Shown one piece after another: positions 29,639 through 39,600 of a stretch of DNA of 64,000 nucleotides. The DNA comes from a virus (taxonomy: Duplodnaviria > Caudoviricetes), in the IMG/VR virus record IMGVR_UViG_3300033513_000001, positions 1 to 64,000 of that record; one strand, 5' to 3'. The notes under the pieces are model-generated. The model saw nothing but the letters and a program-made list of their open reading frames with translations. It was not told the origin of the DNA and made no database searches. Each line of letters begins with the position of its first letter. Position 1 is the stretch's first letter. Position numbers and translations under genes: made by a program.

Positions 29639-29718
29639 CGTAGCCTCCTAACAATAGTTTGTGCGATTGAATGATAGCACATATCAGTCAATAGCGCAAG
29701 TGGTAGAGTTGATACTTT

Positions 29719-30183
29719 ATGCCAGATGCTTTCGGTAACACCCTTTTGCCTCTCTTGTCGGAGGTCGCAGAGGATTACGGGTCTGCACTTTACGAAGTCA
29801 TGCAGCCCTACCCGCCTCCGACGATAGCCAACTCGCCCGACAACCCAAAGGGGCGCTGGTACGAGCGCGGCTACGGCGAGAGATGGCGAAGGCGAAACGG
29901 AAGCATCGGCGGTCGCCCGACATCGGGGCAATTGGGCGACAGGTGGACAAGGACAACCGAGACTCTGGGCGAGGACGAAGTAGACGCAACGGTGGAGAAC
30001 ATCGCTCAGAACGCAATCAGCGGCGCTTACTACCCGACCTACGTTCAGGGCGAGGTAGAAGACCAGAGCCGAGTTCACCAGAGCATCGGCTGGAAGTCGG
30101 TGGACACAGGACTCAGCGAGACTGAGCCAACCCTGGACAGGCTGCTTGATGAAGCGTTGGACAAGTTCTTGGAGGCTCTTTAG
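29719..30183 (+). CDS. HK97 gp10-like / tail completion protein
   Basis: Position, plus YERGYG...SGQLGDRW and YPTYVQG...VH...GW patterns. Confidence 0.55.
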   Translation: MPDAFGNTLLPLLSEVAEDYGSALYEVMQPYPPPTIANSPDNPKGRWYERGYGERWRRRNGSIGGRPTSGQLGDRWTRTTETLGEDEVDATVENIAQNAISGAYYPTYVQGEVEDQSRVHQSIGWKSVDTGLSETEPTLDRLLDEALDKFLEAL

Positions 30184-30789
30184 GTGGATTACACAAGTTT
30201 TGAGCAAGTCAAGCTGGAAATCGGCGCTCACGAAAACGTGGACGACTCAAAACTTGCCACCTACGTCACGGCGGCCAGCCGAAGCGTTGACCGCTATTGC
30301 ACGGGCGCACAGGACAGCGCGGGCGATAACTATTTCGCTATCAGCACCTTGACCGACGAGGTCTTGACGGGGTGGGCCGACAGCGACAGTTACGTGTCCA
30401 CCTACCTGCACAAGCCGACAATCAGCGGCGTCACGGCCCTGTCATGGCGGGTGACGCCGAGAGATTCTTGGACAGCCGTTGCGTCCACTGACATTGTGAC
30501 GGACGGCTCGCCGCTGGTCAGGGGCTACGCGCCGGGCTACGTCATCGGAAGAGTGTTTCTCAAAGTGACTTACTCTGGTGGGCTGGCGGCGACTGTGGCG
30601 GCGTTGCCGAGCGACTTTGTGGAGAACGTTGCTGTCATTGCGGCCCGTTTCTACCGCGAGGGCGAGGCGGGTGTCTCGGACGTTATCGGCGTGGGTGACT
30701 TGGGGCAATTGATGTATCGCAAGGCTCTGCCCAACCGCGTCTATCTGTTCTTGGCGGCCTATGTTCGGCGCATCCCGTGGAGGCTCTAG
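30184..30789 (+). CDS. Head-tail connector protein
   Basis: YTSFEQVKLEI, DD..L..Y..AASRSVDRYC, VTYSGG, LPSDF. Confidence 0.75.
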   Translation: MDYTSFEQVKLEIGAHENVDDSKLATYVTAASRSVDRYCTGAQDSAGDNYFAISTLTDEVLTGWADSDSYVSTYLHKPTISGVTALSWRVTPRDSWTAVASTDIVTDGSPLVRGYAPGYVIGRVFLKVTYSGGLAATVAALPSDFVENVAVIAARFYREGEAGVSDVIGVGDLGQLMYRKALPNRVYLFLAAYVRRIPWRL

Positions 30790-31260
30790 GTGAGCGTCAC
30801 CGATGTAATGGCTGGCCTCGCCATAGTGGAAACGAGGCTCAAGACAGCGGGGACAATCAACCACGTCTTTGACGTTGCGCCGAACAGCATCAATCCTGCT
30901 GACCTGCCATGCTTTGTCAATATGCCGGGGCAGGAGCGGGTCAAGTGGGAAGGCGGGAGCGACGAGTCGGAAACGGCGGGGCTGGCGACAAGGGTCTACC
31001 ACTGTTTGCTCTACGTCGTGCCGAGGGGCGTGGGCGTAAGCGGCGAGATTGTCAGGGTGACACTGCCTGTTCTGGACTTGGCGAGAGTCGAGTTTCAAGG
31101 CAGCCAGTCTCTCGGCGGCAAGAAAGGAATCGTCCGGGTGAATTACTTGGGCGACAGCGGAGTGCGCGAGTTGACCTACGTGGGCATGGGCTACATCGGG
31201 GTTGACATCCAAGTGGAAGTGACGGAGAGGATTGTGGCTTACTATGCTGACAGTGAGTAA
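30790..31260 (+). CDS. Tail terminator-like protein
   Basis: Position before the major tail gene; ADLPCF pattern. Confidence 0.55.
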   Translation: MSVTDVMAGLAIVETRLKTAGTINHVFDVAPNSINPADLPCFVNMPGQERVKWEGGSDESETAGLATRVYHCLLYVVPRGVGVSGEIVRVTLPVLDLARVEFQGSQSLGGKKGIVRVNYLGDSGVRELTYVGMGYIGVDIQVEVTERIVAYYADSE

Positions 31261-31319
31261 GCATACCCAAGCCGGTTGAGGAAGGAACTCCGGCGCAGGA
31301 CTTTTAGGAGGAATAGAAA

Positions 31320-32153
31320 ATGGCAGTTCCAAGTTCACTTTTCGCAACCGTTGGGTTTAGGAACTTGCGAGTGTTCGCACTGGACAGCAACGGTTACATG
31401 GCGGCGACGACCTCGACGACGGCCTACGAGGGCATTCGCGTCACCAAGAGCAAGGTCTTGACCCTCACGCACCCAGAGGCGCGGCTCATCATCCATCACG
31501 GCGATGACCGAATCTTCTCTCTGGACACCTTGCCGCCCACCGAGCCGCTGACGGGCGAGATTACGCTTGCCAACTTCAATCTTGAGTTTGACGCGCTGGT
31601 GGGCAATGTCCTAGTCGTCACGCAGAACGAAATCAAGATGATTTTGGTGGCGAGCGACCAGCAGGGCAACGAGCCGCTGGTGGGCCTGTTCGCCTATCAA
31701 CAGGGCTTGGACGCGGACGACACTTCGGCTGAGTTCAATGAGCGCCGCTGGCACTTTGCAATGATGCCGAAGGCATGGTGCATCAAGCGTATGCCGCCCG
31801 CGAATGCGGACGCGGCCAACCCGCTGTACACCGTGCGCCCGAACTTTGTCACCAAGTACCTGACAGGCAATGCGTTCGCCTCTACGACTGAGGGGGCGAC
31901 CCAAGCCCAACTTGTTCATGGTGTGGCGAACTACAAGCCCAAGCTGGTAGCGTGGAAGTCCACCACGTCGGGCGAGACGTTCTACCCGTTCCCGACTGCC
32001 ACTCCTGCCGTCTCTGGCGACACGATGGGCATCCCGATTGTGTGCGATGCGGCGGCTCTCAAGGCCGCCAATGTGACCTACAGCACCACAGGCATCACGC
32101 TTTCCAGCACAACGGTTGGCAACATCATCTCGTGTATGTACGAGACGAGTTAG
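31320..32153 (+). CDS. Major tail (tube) protein
   Basis: AGGAGG RBS; 277 aa; synteny with chaperone and tape measure. Confidence 0.65.
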   Translation: MAVPSSLFATVGFRNLRVFALDSNGYMAATTSTTAYEGIRVTKSKVLTLTHPEARLIIHHGDDRIFSLDTLPPTEPLTGEITLANFNLEFDALVGNVLVVTQNEIKMILVASDQQGNEPLVGLFAYQQGLDADDTSAEFNERRWHFAMMPKAWCIKRMPPANADAANPLYTVRPNFVTKYLTGNAFASTTEGATQAQLVHGVANYKPKLVAWKSTTSGETFYPFPTATPAVSGDTMGIPIVCDAAALKAANVTYSTTGITLSSTTVGNIISCMYETS

Positions 32154-32308
32154 TATGTACGAGACGAGCTAGCGGGTCTAGCGCAGACGGTTCTCCTAAC
32201 TCTCTACGCGGTTTGTGCGGAATCGGCTCTGCGCCGAAACCGGACGGGCAGAGGACACGCCCCCGTTCTCTGCCCGCCTTCGTACAAGCGGGGGCAAAAG
32301 GGGGCACG

Positions 32309-32794
32309 ATGCAAACTAAGACCATCACGTATCAAGACGCAGAAGTCTCGGCGGAGTTGACCATCGGGCGGGCCAACTATCGCATGGGGCTTGTCCATTC
32401 CTCTTTGATTGACTCCGCACGCGAACGCCTGTTCCCAAAAAAGAAAACCGAGCAGGACAAGGAAAAAAAGCCTGAACCTCCTCGTTACGATGAGGATTAT
32501 TGGATTGGCTTGTTCTCTTATCCTGCCCTGTGTGCGGGGACGGTCAAAGGTGTGATTGCGCTGACCCCAAAGGCTTACACAACCGTTGTGGACGGTCAGA
32601 GCATGGAGGTAAGCGGGTGTTCCCAATACAATCTTGACCTTCACAATCACATCACTTGGGAGCAATATGAAGACCTGCCCGAAGAACTGGTGACGCAGTG
32701 GGAGAACGCCGTCTTTGAACTTAATCCCCACTGGCTACCCGCGAAGCCGAAGGACGAGCAAAAAAAAGCAGTTGGCGAGTCTACCGAAAGTTAG
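32309..32794 (+). CDS. Tail assembly chaperone (gpG-like)
   Basis: Lies between major tail and tape measure; ends with a CAAAAAAAAG slippery run. Confidence 0.7.
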   Translation: MQTKTITYQDAEVSAELTIGRANYRMGLVHSSLIDSARERLFPKKKTEQDKEKKPEPPRYDEDYWIGLFSYPALCAGTVKGVIALTPKAYTTVVDGQSMEVSGCSQYNLDLHNHITWEQYEDLPEELVTQWENAVFELNPHWLPAKPKDEQKKAVGESTES

Positions 32795-33081
32795 CCAAGC
32801 GGGGAAAGGGCAAAGACCCCAGAGGCGATTCGGAAGAAAGCCTTGTACCCGTTGAACTGCACGACCCGGAGTTTGCATTTTACGTCTATGACTTGATGGA
32901 AGCGTTCGACTGGCGCTTCCTTCCATCGCAACTGTTGGCAGAGGATGAAGCCCTAATGGATGACCTGTTCACCATCAGCCAGATGTCAAGTTGGGTGAAG
33001 GAAGCGGGCGAGATTGAGCAGATGTCAAGTTGGTCTGACAAGGTAGTGCAATGGCGGGAAAAGCAACTGAAAGAATCCTGA
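32761..33081 (+). CDS. -1 frameshift extension of the chaperone (gpT-like)
   Basis: The -1 frame is open from A AAA AAA (32761-32767) to TGA 33081; contains FDWRFLPSQLLAEDE. Confidence 0.7.
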   Translation, partial: KKSSWRVYRKLAKRGKGKDPRGDSEESLVPVELHDPEFAFYVYDLMEAFDWRFLPSQLLAEDEALMDDLFTISQMSSWVKEAGEIEQMSSWSDKVVQWREKQLKES

Positions 33082-35981
33082 CCGTCAGGATACAACTCTT
33101 GCTGGAAGACAAGCAGGGGGCGCAAGCCGCGTTAGCCAAGATTCGGTCCGACGTTGACGCGGTGGGCGCTACGTCGGTCAAGTCTGGACAGGTCGCGGCG
33201 CAGGGGCTTGGACAAGTCGGGAATGCGGCGGCCCAAGCCAAGCCGCAGGTGGACGCGCTCAACGAGTCGCTGGAAAAGGCGGTTCAGTCTGCGAAGGTTG
33301 CCCCAACCGTTCCAGCACAAGCCGCTGCGGGTCAACAGCCTACCAACGCCATACAGCGCATGGAGGCTCTGAAAATTGAGGCCCGCGCCGCTCTGGAAGC
33401 CGCAACCGCACACAAGCAAGTCGCCGTCGCAACGGTTCAGGACGCACAAGCCACCAACCAAGACACGCAAGCCACGCAGACATCGGTCAGGGTAGAGGAA
33501 GAACTAAACGCTACTCTGGCCCAAAGAATCAACCTGTTCAACCAGATGCGCCAGCAAGGAGTCTCGCCTAAAGACGCCGCTGCGTTCTTGGGTGTTCCCG
33601 CTGAAACCCTCCAGCGGGCCGTTCCATCAGCGCAACCCGTAGAGTCAGCGGTTCAAAGATTGGCGCGGCAGAAGCAAGAGGCGATTGAGGGCTTGCGAGC
33701 GGCAGGAGTCGGAGCGGGCAGAACGACTGGGGCTGGTTTCGTTCCCCCAGTTGGCGATGTTCTACGTGCAGGCGAGGGGATGTCGGTAAAGGAAGCCGAG
33801 AAGTTCAACCAGTTGGTTGCTCAAGGCGTCCCTGGGATTGAGGCCGCCCAACAAGCCATGTCGGGATTGGGACAGCAGACCAAAGGCGTCACCGGTGGTC
33901 TGCGCGGTATGCACGGCGCTTACATCGCTATCTTCTCCATCATGCGCCTCGGCATGGAACTGCAAACGGCGGGCGCTGCGCTCCAAACCGACATCAACAC
34001 CAAGCAAGCCACGTACCTCAAAGCCGCTGGACAGTTCAGCCCACTGGCGAGGGCATGGAACGAGCAACTGGCGAACGTGGAACGCGCCAACGCCAGAATC
34101 GGGGAAATCATCACTGAGCAACAGTTGCCTGCCATGAAGGAACAGGCAGCCCAAGCGCAACTTCTCTCAGACATCTATGCGCGTCATCCCGCGCTGTCTA
34201 GGGCGCAAGTCGGGGCGGGGCAAGTCTTGACTGGCGCAGGCGGGATACTGCAATACGGCTCGCAGATGGCTATGCTGGCGCTGAGTTTGCAGCAACTCAG
34301 CCACAGCGGGATGCTTGGCGCGGGCGGCATATTCGGAGCAGGCGGGCTAAGAGGACTAGCTGGAACAACTGGTCTTGCGACTGCGGGAGCAGGCGCGGGA
34401 GTCATGGGAACTGGCGCACTCGGACTTTTGACAAATCCTGTGACGGCTGGCATTGCTACTGGCGCTATTGCTAATCAGTTTATGCCAACTATTAGAACAG
34501 GAGCACGTGGCGTAGATATTGGAATGGGTGCGACCATCGGGGCAGAACTGGGCAAGTTTGACTTTGACAAGGCCGCTGCGCTTGTACAACGATGGGCACT
34601 TGCACATTTGGCGGGCCAGAACGCTGCCGATAAATACTTTACTGCCATATCCGAGGGCAAAGGCTGGATTGACGCAGCAACCGCCGCTGAGATGAGACTT
34701 GCTATGGCGCGCAAGGAAGGTGTTACAGAGATTGACACCTTGAAAATGAAGGCTACTTGGTCGCAGGGTGTCACGGCCTACGTGGATTACCAGAAGCAAT
34801 TGACCGACCTAGACCAGCAGACTTCTGACCAGCGCACCAAAATCAACAAGGACTACTCCGACAAGGAAAGTGAAATCCGCTCAAAGTATGGTCAGGACTG
34901 GCTTGCCATAACGTCGGACTCCATCAAACAGCAGAAGCGAGAGGATTCTGACCTCGCCTTCAACCGCGCCAAGCAAGCAAGGGACTTTGAAAAGAGCGAA
35001 ACTGAAACCACTCAAGACTACTATGCCGACAGGCTCAAGGCCGCGCAGGACTTTGGCGAGGAAGAAGTCAACAACGAGCGCAAGCACCAGCGCGAGATGG
35101 CGAACATGGAGCAAGACCACCAGTTGCGAATGGAGGAGTTTGTCGCAACGGGTGATGCGCTAGGCGCGTTCAGGGAGATGCGGAACTATGAGGTCAAGCG
35201 CCAGCAGGCGGAAGCGACCTACGCCGATGAAACCGAGACGCGCAGCAAAGACCTCGGCAAGCGTCTGGCCGAGATGGACGCCGACTTTGCCAAAGAGCGG
35301 GAGAGGCGCAAGGAACACTTTGACCAGCAAATCAAAGACCAAGATGAGGTTCTGGCTAGGCAGAGAGCGCAAGACGCACAGGATTTGAAAGACCGCTTGA
35401 AGGCGCTTGACGATGAGCGCACAGCATCGTTGACAAAACTGGAAGAGAACAAGAACGCCGCACTTGGCGAGCTTGACGACACCGCCACGAAGGAGAGGGA
35501 GAAAATCACAGGGACTTTCAACGACCTGATGAACGACCTCGGCATACAGACCGATGCGGCCAAGAAAAAGTACCAAGCCTACTTTGACATGATGGGCCTA
35601 CAATTCGAGAACTACATCGGCAGGGTCGGGGCGGCTATATCTGGCCTGCCTGGGTTTGAGCAAATGGCGGGCCTAGCGCCAGCGCAGAGGTTGGCGGACA
35701 TCTCCAAGAAAAAAGAACAGGACATGACCACGCCAGAAGGGTTGCCCATTCAACAAAAAACGTCGCCGAGAGGGTATCCGGGTGTGGGCGTGGGCAGACA
35801 GCCAGTGCAGCCTCAAGCCGTTGGCGGGACACAGCCACAAAGCGTCAGGACAGAAACAAATTTCAATGTGAACATCACAGTGGACGGGAGCTTGTCTGAC
35901 TCTGAGATGGCAACCATCCAATCCCAGACGCGACAGACGATTGACGATGTGATTCGGACACACAGGACAGGGCCGTACTGA
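33051..35981 (+). CDS. Tape measure protein
   Basis: 976 aa, A/G/Q-rich helical, hydrophobic middle and long coiled coil; canonical position. Confidence 0.8.
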   Translation: MAGKATERILTVRIQLLLEDKQGAQAALAKIRSDVDAVGATSVKSGQVAAQGLGQVGNAAAQAKPQVDALNESLEKAVQSAKVAPTVPAQAAAGQQPTNAIQRMEALKIEARAALEAATAHKQVAVATVQDAQATNQDTQATQTSVRVEEELNATLAQRINLFNQMRQQGVSPKDAAAFLGVPAETLQRAVPSAQPVESAVQRLARQKQEAIEGLRAAGVGAGRTTGAGFVPPVGDVLRAGEGMSVKEAEKFNQLVAQGVPGIEAAQQAMSGLGQQTKGVTGGLRGMHGAYIAIFSIMRLGMELQTAGAALQTDINTKQATYLKAAGQFSPLARAWNEQLANVERANARIGEIITEQQLPAMKEQAAQAQLLSDIYARHPALSRAQVGAGQVLTGAGGILQYGSQMAMLALSLQQLSHSGMLGAGGIFGAGGLRGLAGTTGLATAGAGAGVMGTGALGLLTNPVTAGIATGAIANQFMPTIRTGARGVDIGMGATIGAELGKFDFDKAAALVQRWALAHLAGQNAADKYFTAISEGKGWIDAATAAEMRLAMARKEGVTEIDTLKMKATWSQGVTAYVDYQKQLTDLDQQTSDQRTKINKDYSDKESEIRSKYGQDWLAITSDSIKQQKREDSDLAFNRAKQARDFEKSETETTQDYYADRLKAAQDFGEEEVNNERKHQREMANMEQDHQLRMEEFVATGDALGAFREMRNYEVKRQQAEATYADETETRSKDLGKRLAEMDADFAKERERRKEHFDQQIKDQDEVLARQRAQDAQDLKDRLKALDDERTASLTKLEENKNAALGELDDTATKEREKITGTFNDLMNDLGIQTDAAKKKYQAYFDMMGLQFENYIGRVGAAISGLPGFEQMAGLAPAQRLADISKKKEQDMTTPEGLPIQQKTSPRGYPGVGVGRQPVQPQAVGGTQPQSVRTETNFNVNITVDGSLSDSEMATIQSQTRQTIDDVIRTHRTGPY

Positions 35982-36592
35982 TGACTACTCTTTACCAACT
36001 TGGGCCGACCAATTCACTGCTTTACAGCACCGACACGCTGTTTGGTGTTGAGAGCCTAGCCAGCACGCCGTCACCCGGAAGCGAGTTCGTGGAGAACATG
36101 GCGGGTGGCATTACGGTTGAGGGCTACCGCCGAACGGTGTGGAAGTTCGGCTTCATGGCCGTGACAATCTATCATCGCCTACTGGCAACTGTCCTGTCCA
36201 GCGCGGGTACAGGGACGGTGGACATCACAACCACCACGGCGCTTGAGGGAGGCGGGACAGCGTTCACTACGCAACTCGTCGTTGACGCCGATATATGGGT
36301 TGCGCCCACAGGCGGGTTTGACAACATCGGCATTATCTATTCCATCACCGACGCGGATAGTGCTGTCATGGCGGCGGCTTGGGCAAACACCCTGAACACG
36401 CAGGCTTTCCGCTATCGCCTACCGACAACCTATTCCAGCACTTGCGTTGTCGTCACCCGCAGCGATGTTGACAACTTCCGTAAGTGGAATGCCGTCATCA
36501 GGATGCCGAACCCGAAGGACTTGAAGCGGTGGGGCGGTGACTATGAGGACGTGGTTCTGGATTTCGTGTTGACGAGTCTGAACGTGTCATAG
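35981..36592 (+). CDS. Distal tail (Dit)-like protein
   Basis: Directly follows the tape measure; WKFGFM and VVVTRSD..FRKWNAVI. Confidence 0.5.
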   Translation: MTTLYQLGPTNSLLYSTDTLFGVESLASTPSPGSEFVENMAGGITVEGYRRTVWKFGFMAVTIYHRLLATVLSSAGTGTVDITTTTALEGGGTAFTTQLVVDADIWVAPTGGFDNIGIIYSITDADSAVMAAAWANTLNTQAFRYRLPTTYSSTCVVVTRSDVDNFRKWNAVIRMPNPKDLKRWGGDYEDVVLDFVLTSLNVS

Positions 36593-36607
36593 CGGGATGG
36601 AGAAAAG

Positions 36608-39600
36608 ATGAACCTTGCCCCTTCCCGCGTCGGTGTCCTTTTCTCACCCAGCACACCTATCTGGACAGGGACAATCTCTGCCTACGTTGGAGCGGATACC
36701 TTTCGCCTGACCGTCGCCACGGTGACGGGCAGTTTGGCCGACCTGTCGGCGGGCCTCGCCGTTTACACCAGCGACGGCAGGCTGGTTAGAATCAAGTCCG
36801 TCAACGCGGGTAGCAACTATATCTATGTCGCGGAGAACAGCCTGTCCACTGTGGCGGGCGGTGGGTTCGTGCTTGGCACAACCCTCTCGGTCTACAACTT
36901 GCGCCTCCCCTTCCCCAAATACCAGCGCGTGATGACCAATGTGGCGACTGTCACAGGCGATGCCTATTCCCTGATTACCGACCTCAAGTTGTTTTCCGAG
37001 ACGACACTTGACTCTACCTACTGGTGGGATGTCTATGCCAATTCGGGCAACTGGCATCTCCAAATCTACAATGACAGCACCCGCGACCCGGAAACTCTCG
37101 TTGCGCGCTCAACTGTCATCCCTTCTACCGGGTCAGGCTGGCGGTACAGCATAAAAGAGAAGAACGACAGCGGTTTGTCAGGCGGGGTGACGCTGACATT
37201 TTCAGGTGCATCGCCCACAGCCGATGATGGCACTATCACCGTTGCCGCTTACCAAGTAAGAAAAGACTATGACATCACTTGGGCTAGTCTTGGCGCGAAC
37301 GACGCGGCACGCAACAATGCCGAGCAAGGGCCGATAGCCATTGTCTACCCAGAGACGGCCAAGCTGGACTTGAATGAGGTCGCCACATTCGATGCAAGCG
37401 GCTCGTTCGCCACTTACTACGGCGCAGACCACCGAGCGCCCAACCCCGATGACCCCGCCACGATTCCAGCGGGGGGCTATGAGTGGGTCTTGGGAACAGG
37501 CGGCGTGTTCGACAGCGGTGAGGATACCTCTGTCATCACTTGCCATTTCACCACAGCGGGTTTCCGCTACATCTCCCTGACCGTCACCGACGACAACTCC
37601 GTCTCTCAAGTTCGTTACATCCCCGTCTGGGTTGGCATGACGCCAGAGACGAACTTCCTGAGCGGCAGTATGTCGTTTGAGATTGGAACGAGTTACCGCG
37701 CTCGACTGACCATGTATATGCCTACCGAGCCGTTCCGCTACGCGCTGGTGTTGTTAGTAGACTTGGATAATGACGCACCTCTGTTTCTCGGTTGGATTTG
37801 GCCGCATGAGGCGGAGTACGACTTTGAGAAGCGCATCGCCTCATTTGAGGTTTGGCCGACTCTGGCGTTTCTGCAGAACGTGTCCGCACGCCCATTTGAG
37901 TTGTATGGGCAGAAAGGCGATGCTCAAAGTTGGGACTATTTTGATATGCTGTCCGTCCCGCGCATCGCCTATTTCCTCTTGCGCTGGCACTCGACGGCGC
38001 TGGAACTGTGCAACTTCAAATTCAACGTGGTCACGGCCTCAGTCCCGACAGCGGCAGCGGCAGACACGCCTTTGCAGTACATCCGAGACGTGACGGCGGG
38101 CAGCATTGGTGAGCAACTGAGCGTTATGGCCGCTTCTCCCTTTCTGGCGCTGTACGGCCATGCGCTTGGCGACATCGAGGCTGTGCTTGACCCGATTTAC
38201 GCCGCCGACATCACCACGCCCTACGACACGCAGACGCTTGACCTGACCTTGCCCAACGTAGCCGTGAAGGTCAGGCATACTCTGACCACGCCGACGGTCA
38301 ACGAGGCGAGGTTGGGCGGGTGGTACTACGATGGCTCAAACTACTATCCCATCGTCGTGCAATCGCCCACGCGCCCCGGCAATTGGGGCAAGCCGAAGGA
38401 TGACCAGAACTTTGTCGTGTCCACAGTCTCGGAACTGGTGACGCGGGCAGGGCGCTACATCGGAGCGGAGAACTACGGCGACATCTACGGCTTCCGTTGC
38501 CTGAGCCACATTGACCTCAAGACCTACAAGTTGGTGGACTATCCTGCTGACCTGTTCACTTCTGCAACTCGCATGATTATCAGGAAGCTGGACTTGACCT
38601 TTGATGTGTCCAAGTCGCTGTGGGTTGAGACGCTGGAAGCCAAGACGTTTGGGCTGACAGAACTGGCGGGACAGGAACAGGAAACAGGAATGGATCCAAG
38701 CCCACCGCCAGAATCGCCGTCAACGCCCGTCACTCCAACAAATCTAATCGCAACAGCAATCTCCAACACCCAGATTGAACTGGATTGGAGCGCATCGGGC
38801 GATTCCCACACCTTCATTCAGATTTGGCGTAGCCCGGATGGGACAACTTACGCCAACATTGCTACTGTGCCTGTCACAGAAACGACCTATTACGATTCGG
38901 GCCTGAGTCCAGCCACGCCGTATTGGTACAAGGTGATTGCGTTCAACAACATAACCTTTTTGTTTTCCAGTTTTTCCAATGTGGCGACAGCCACGACGAC
39001 CAACTTCACAGACCCAACCAACCTGTTTGCGATTGCCATTGATGCAACGCACGTCACAATTGACTGGTCATCCACCAGCACGGGTGTCACGGCGTTCTGC
39101 GTCGAGCGCGGTACAGATGGGGTGGGTTTCGCGCAGATAGCCACAACAGATGATTTGGTGATGACTTACGCCGATTCGGGCCTGACAACGGACGTGGCTT
39201 ATTACTACCGCGTCCGCGCAACAAACGGCGTAGGTGCATTCTCTGGCTACTCCAACGTCTCAAGCGCCACTCCATCAGGCTTCCTTGCGCCCATCTTGAG
39301 TACGAACAACTCAACCACGACAACCGTTGACTTGATTTGGGATGACCGCACCTCGGACGAAGAACACTTTGAGATTCAGCGCAAGCAGACGGGTTCGTGG
39401 GCGACGGTTCAGACGACGCTGGCTGATGTAGTGACTTGGCAGGACACGCTACTGACGCCAACGAACCTGTATTACTACCGTGCAAGGGCAACCAAGACAG
39501 GCGTCAATTCGGCGTGGTCAAACACTGTTGCGGTTGTGACGATGAACTCGCCTACGGTGTTGACGGCGACGGCGATTTCCACAACGGCGATTGACTTAGG

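Noticed and set aside
32134-32171. 19-bp tandem duplication GTATGTACGAGACGAG(T/C)TA at the major tail stop
   Set aside because: Two adjacent copies with nothing between them; looks like a local duplication, not an att site or target-site duplication.
32980-33033. 15-bp direct repeat CAGATGTCAAGTTGG
   Set aside because: In-frame 39-nt period encoding QMSSW twice; coding duplication only.
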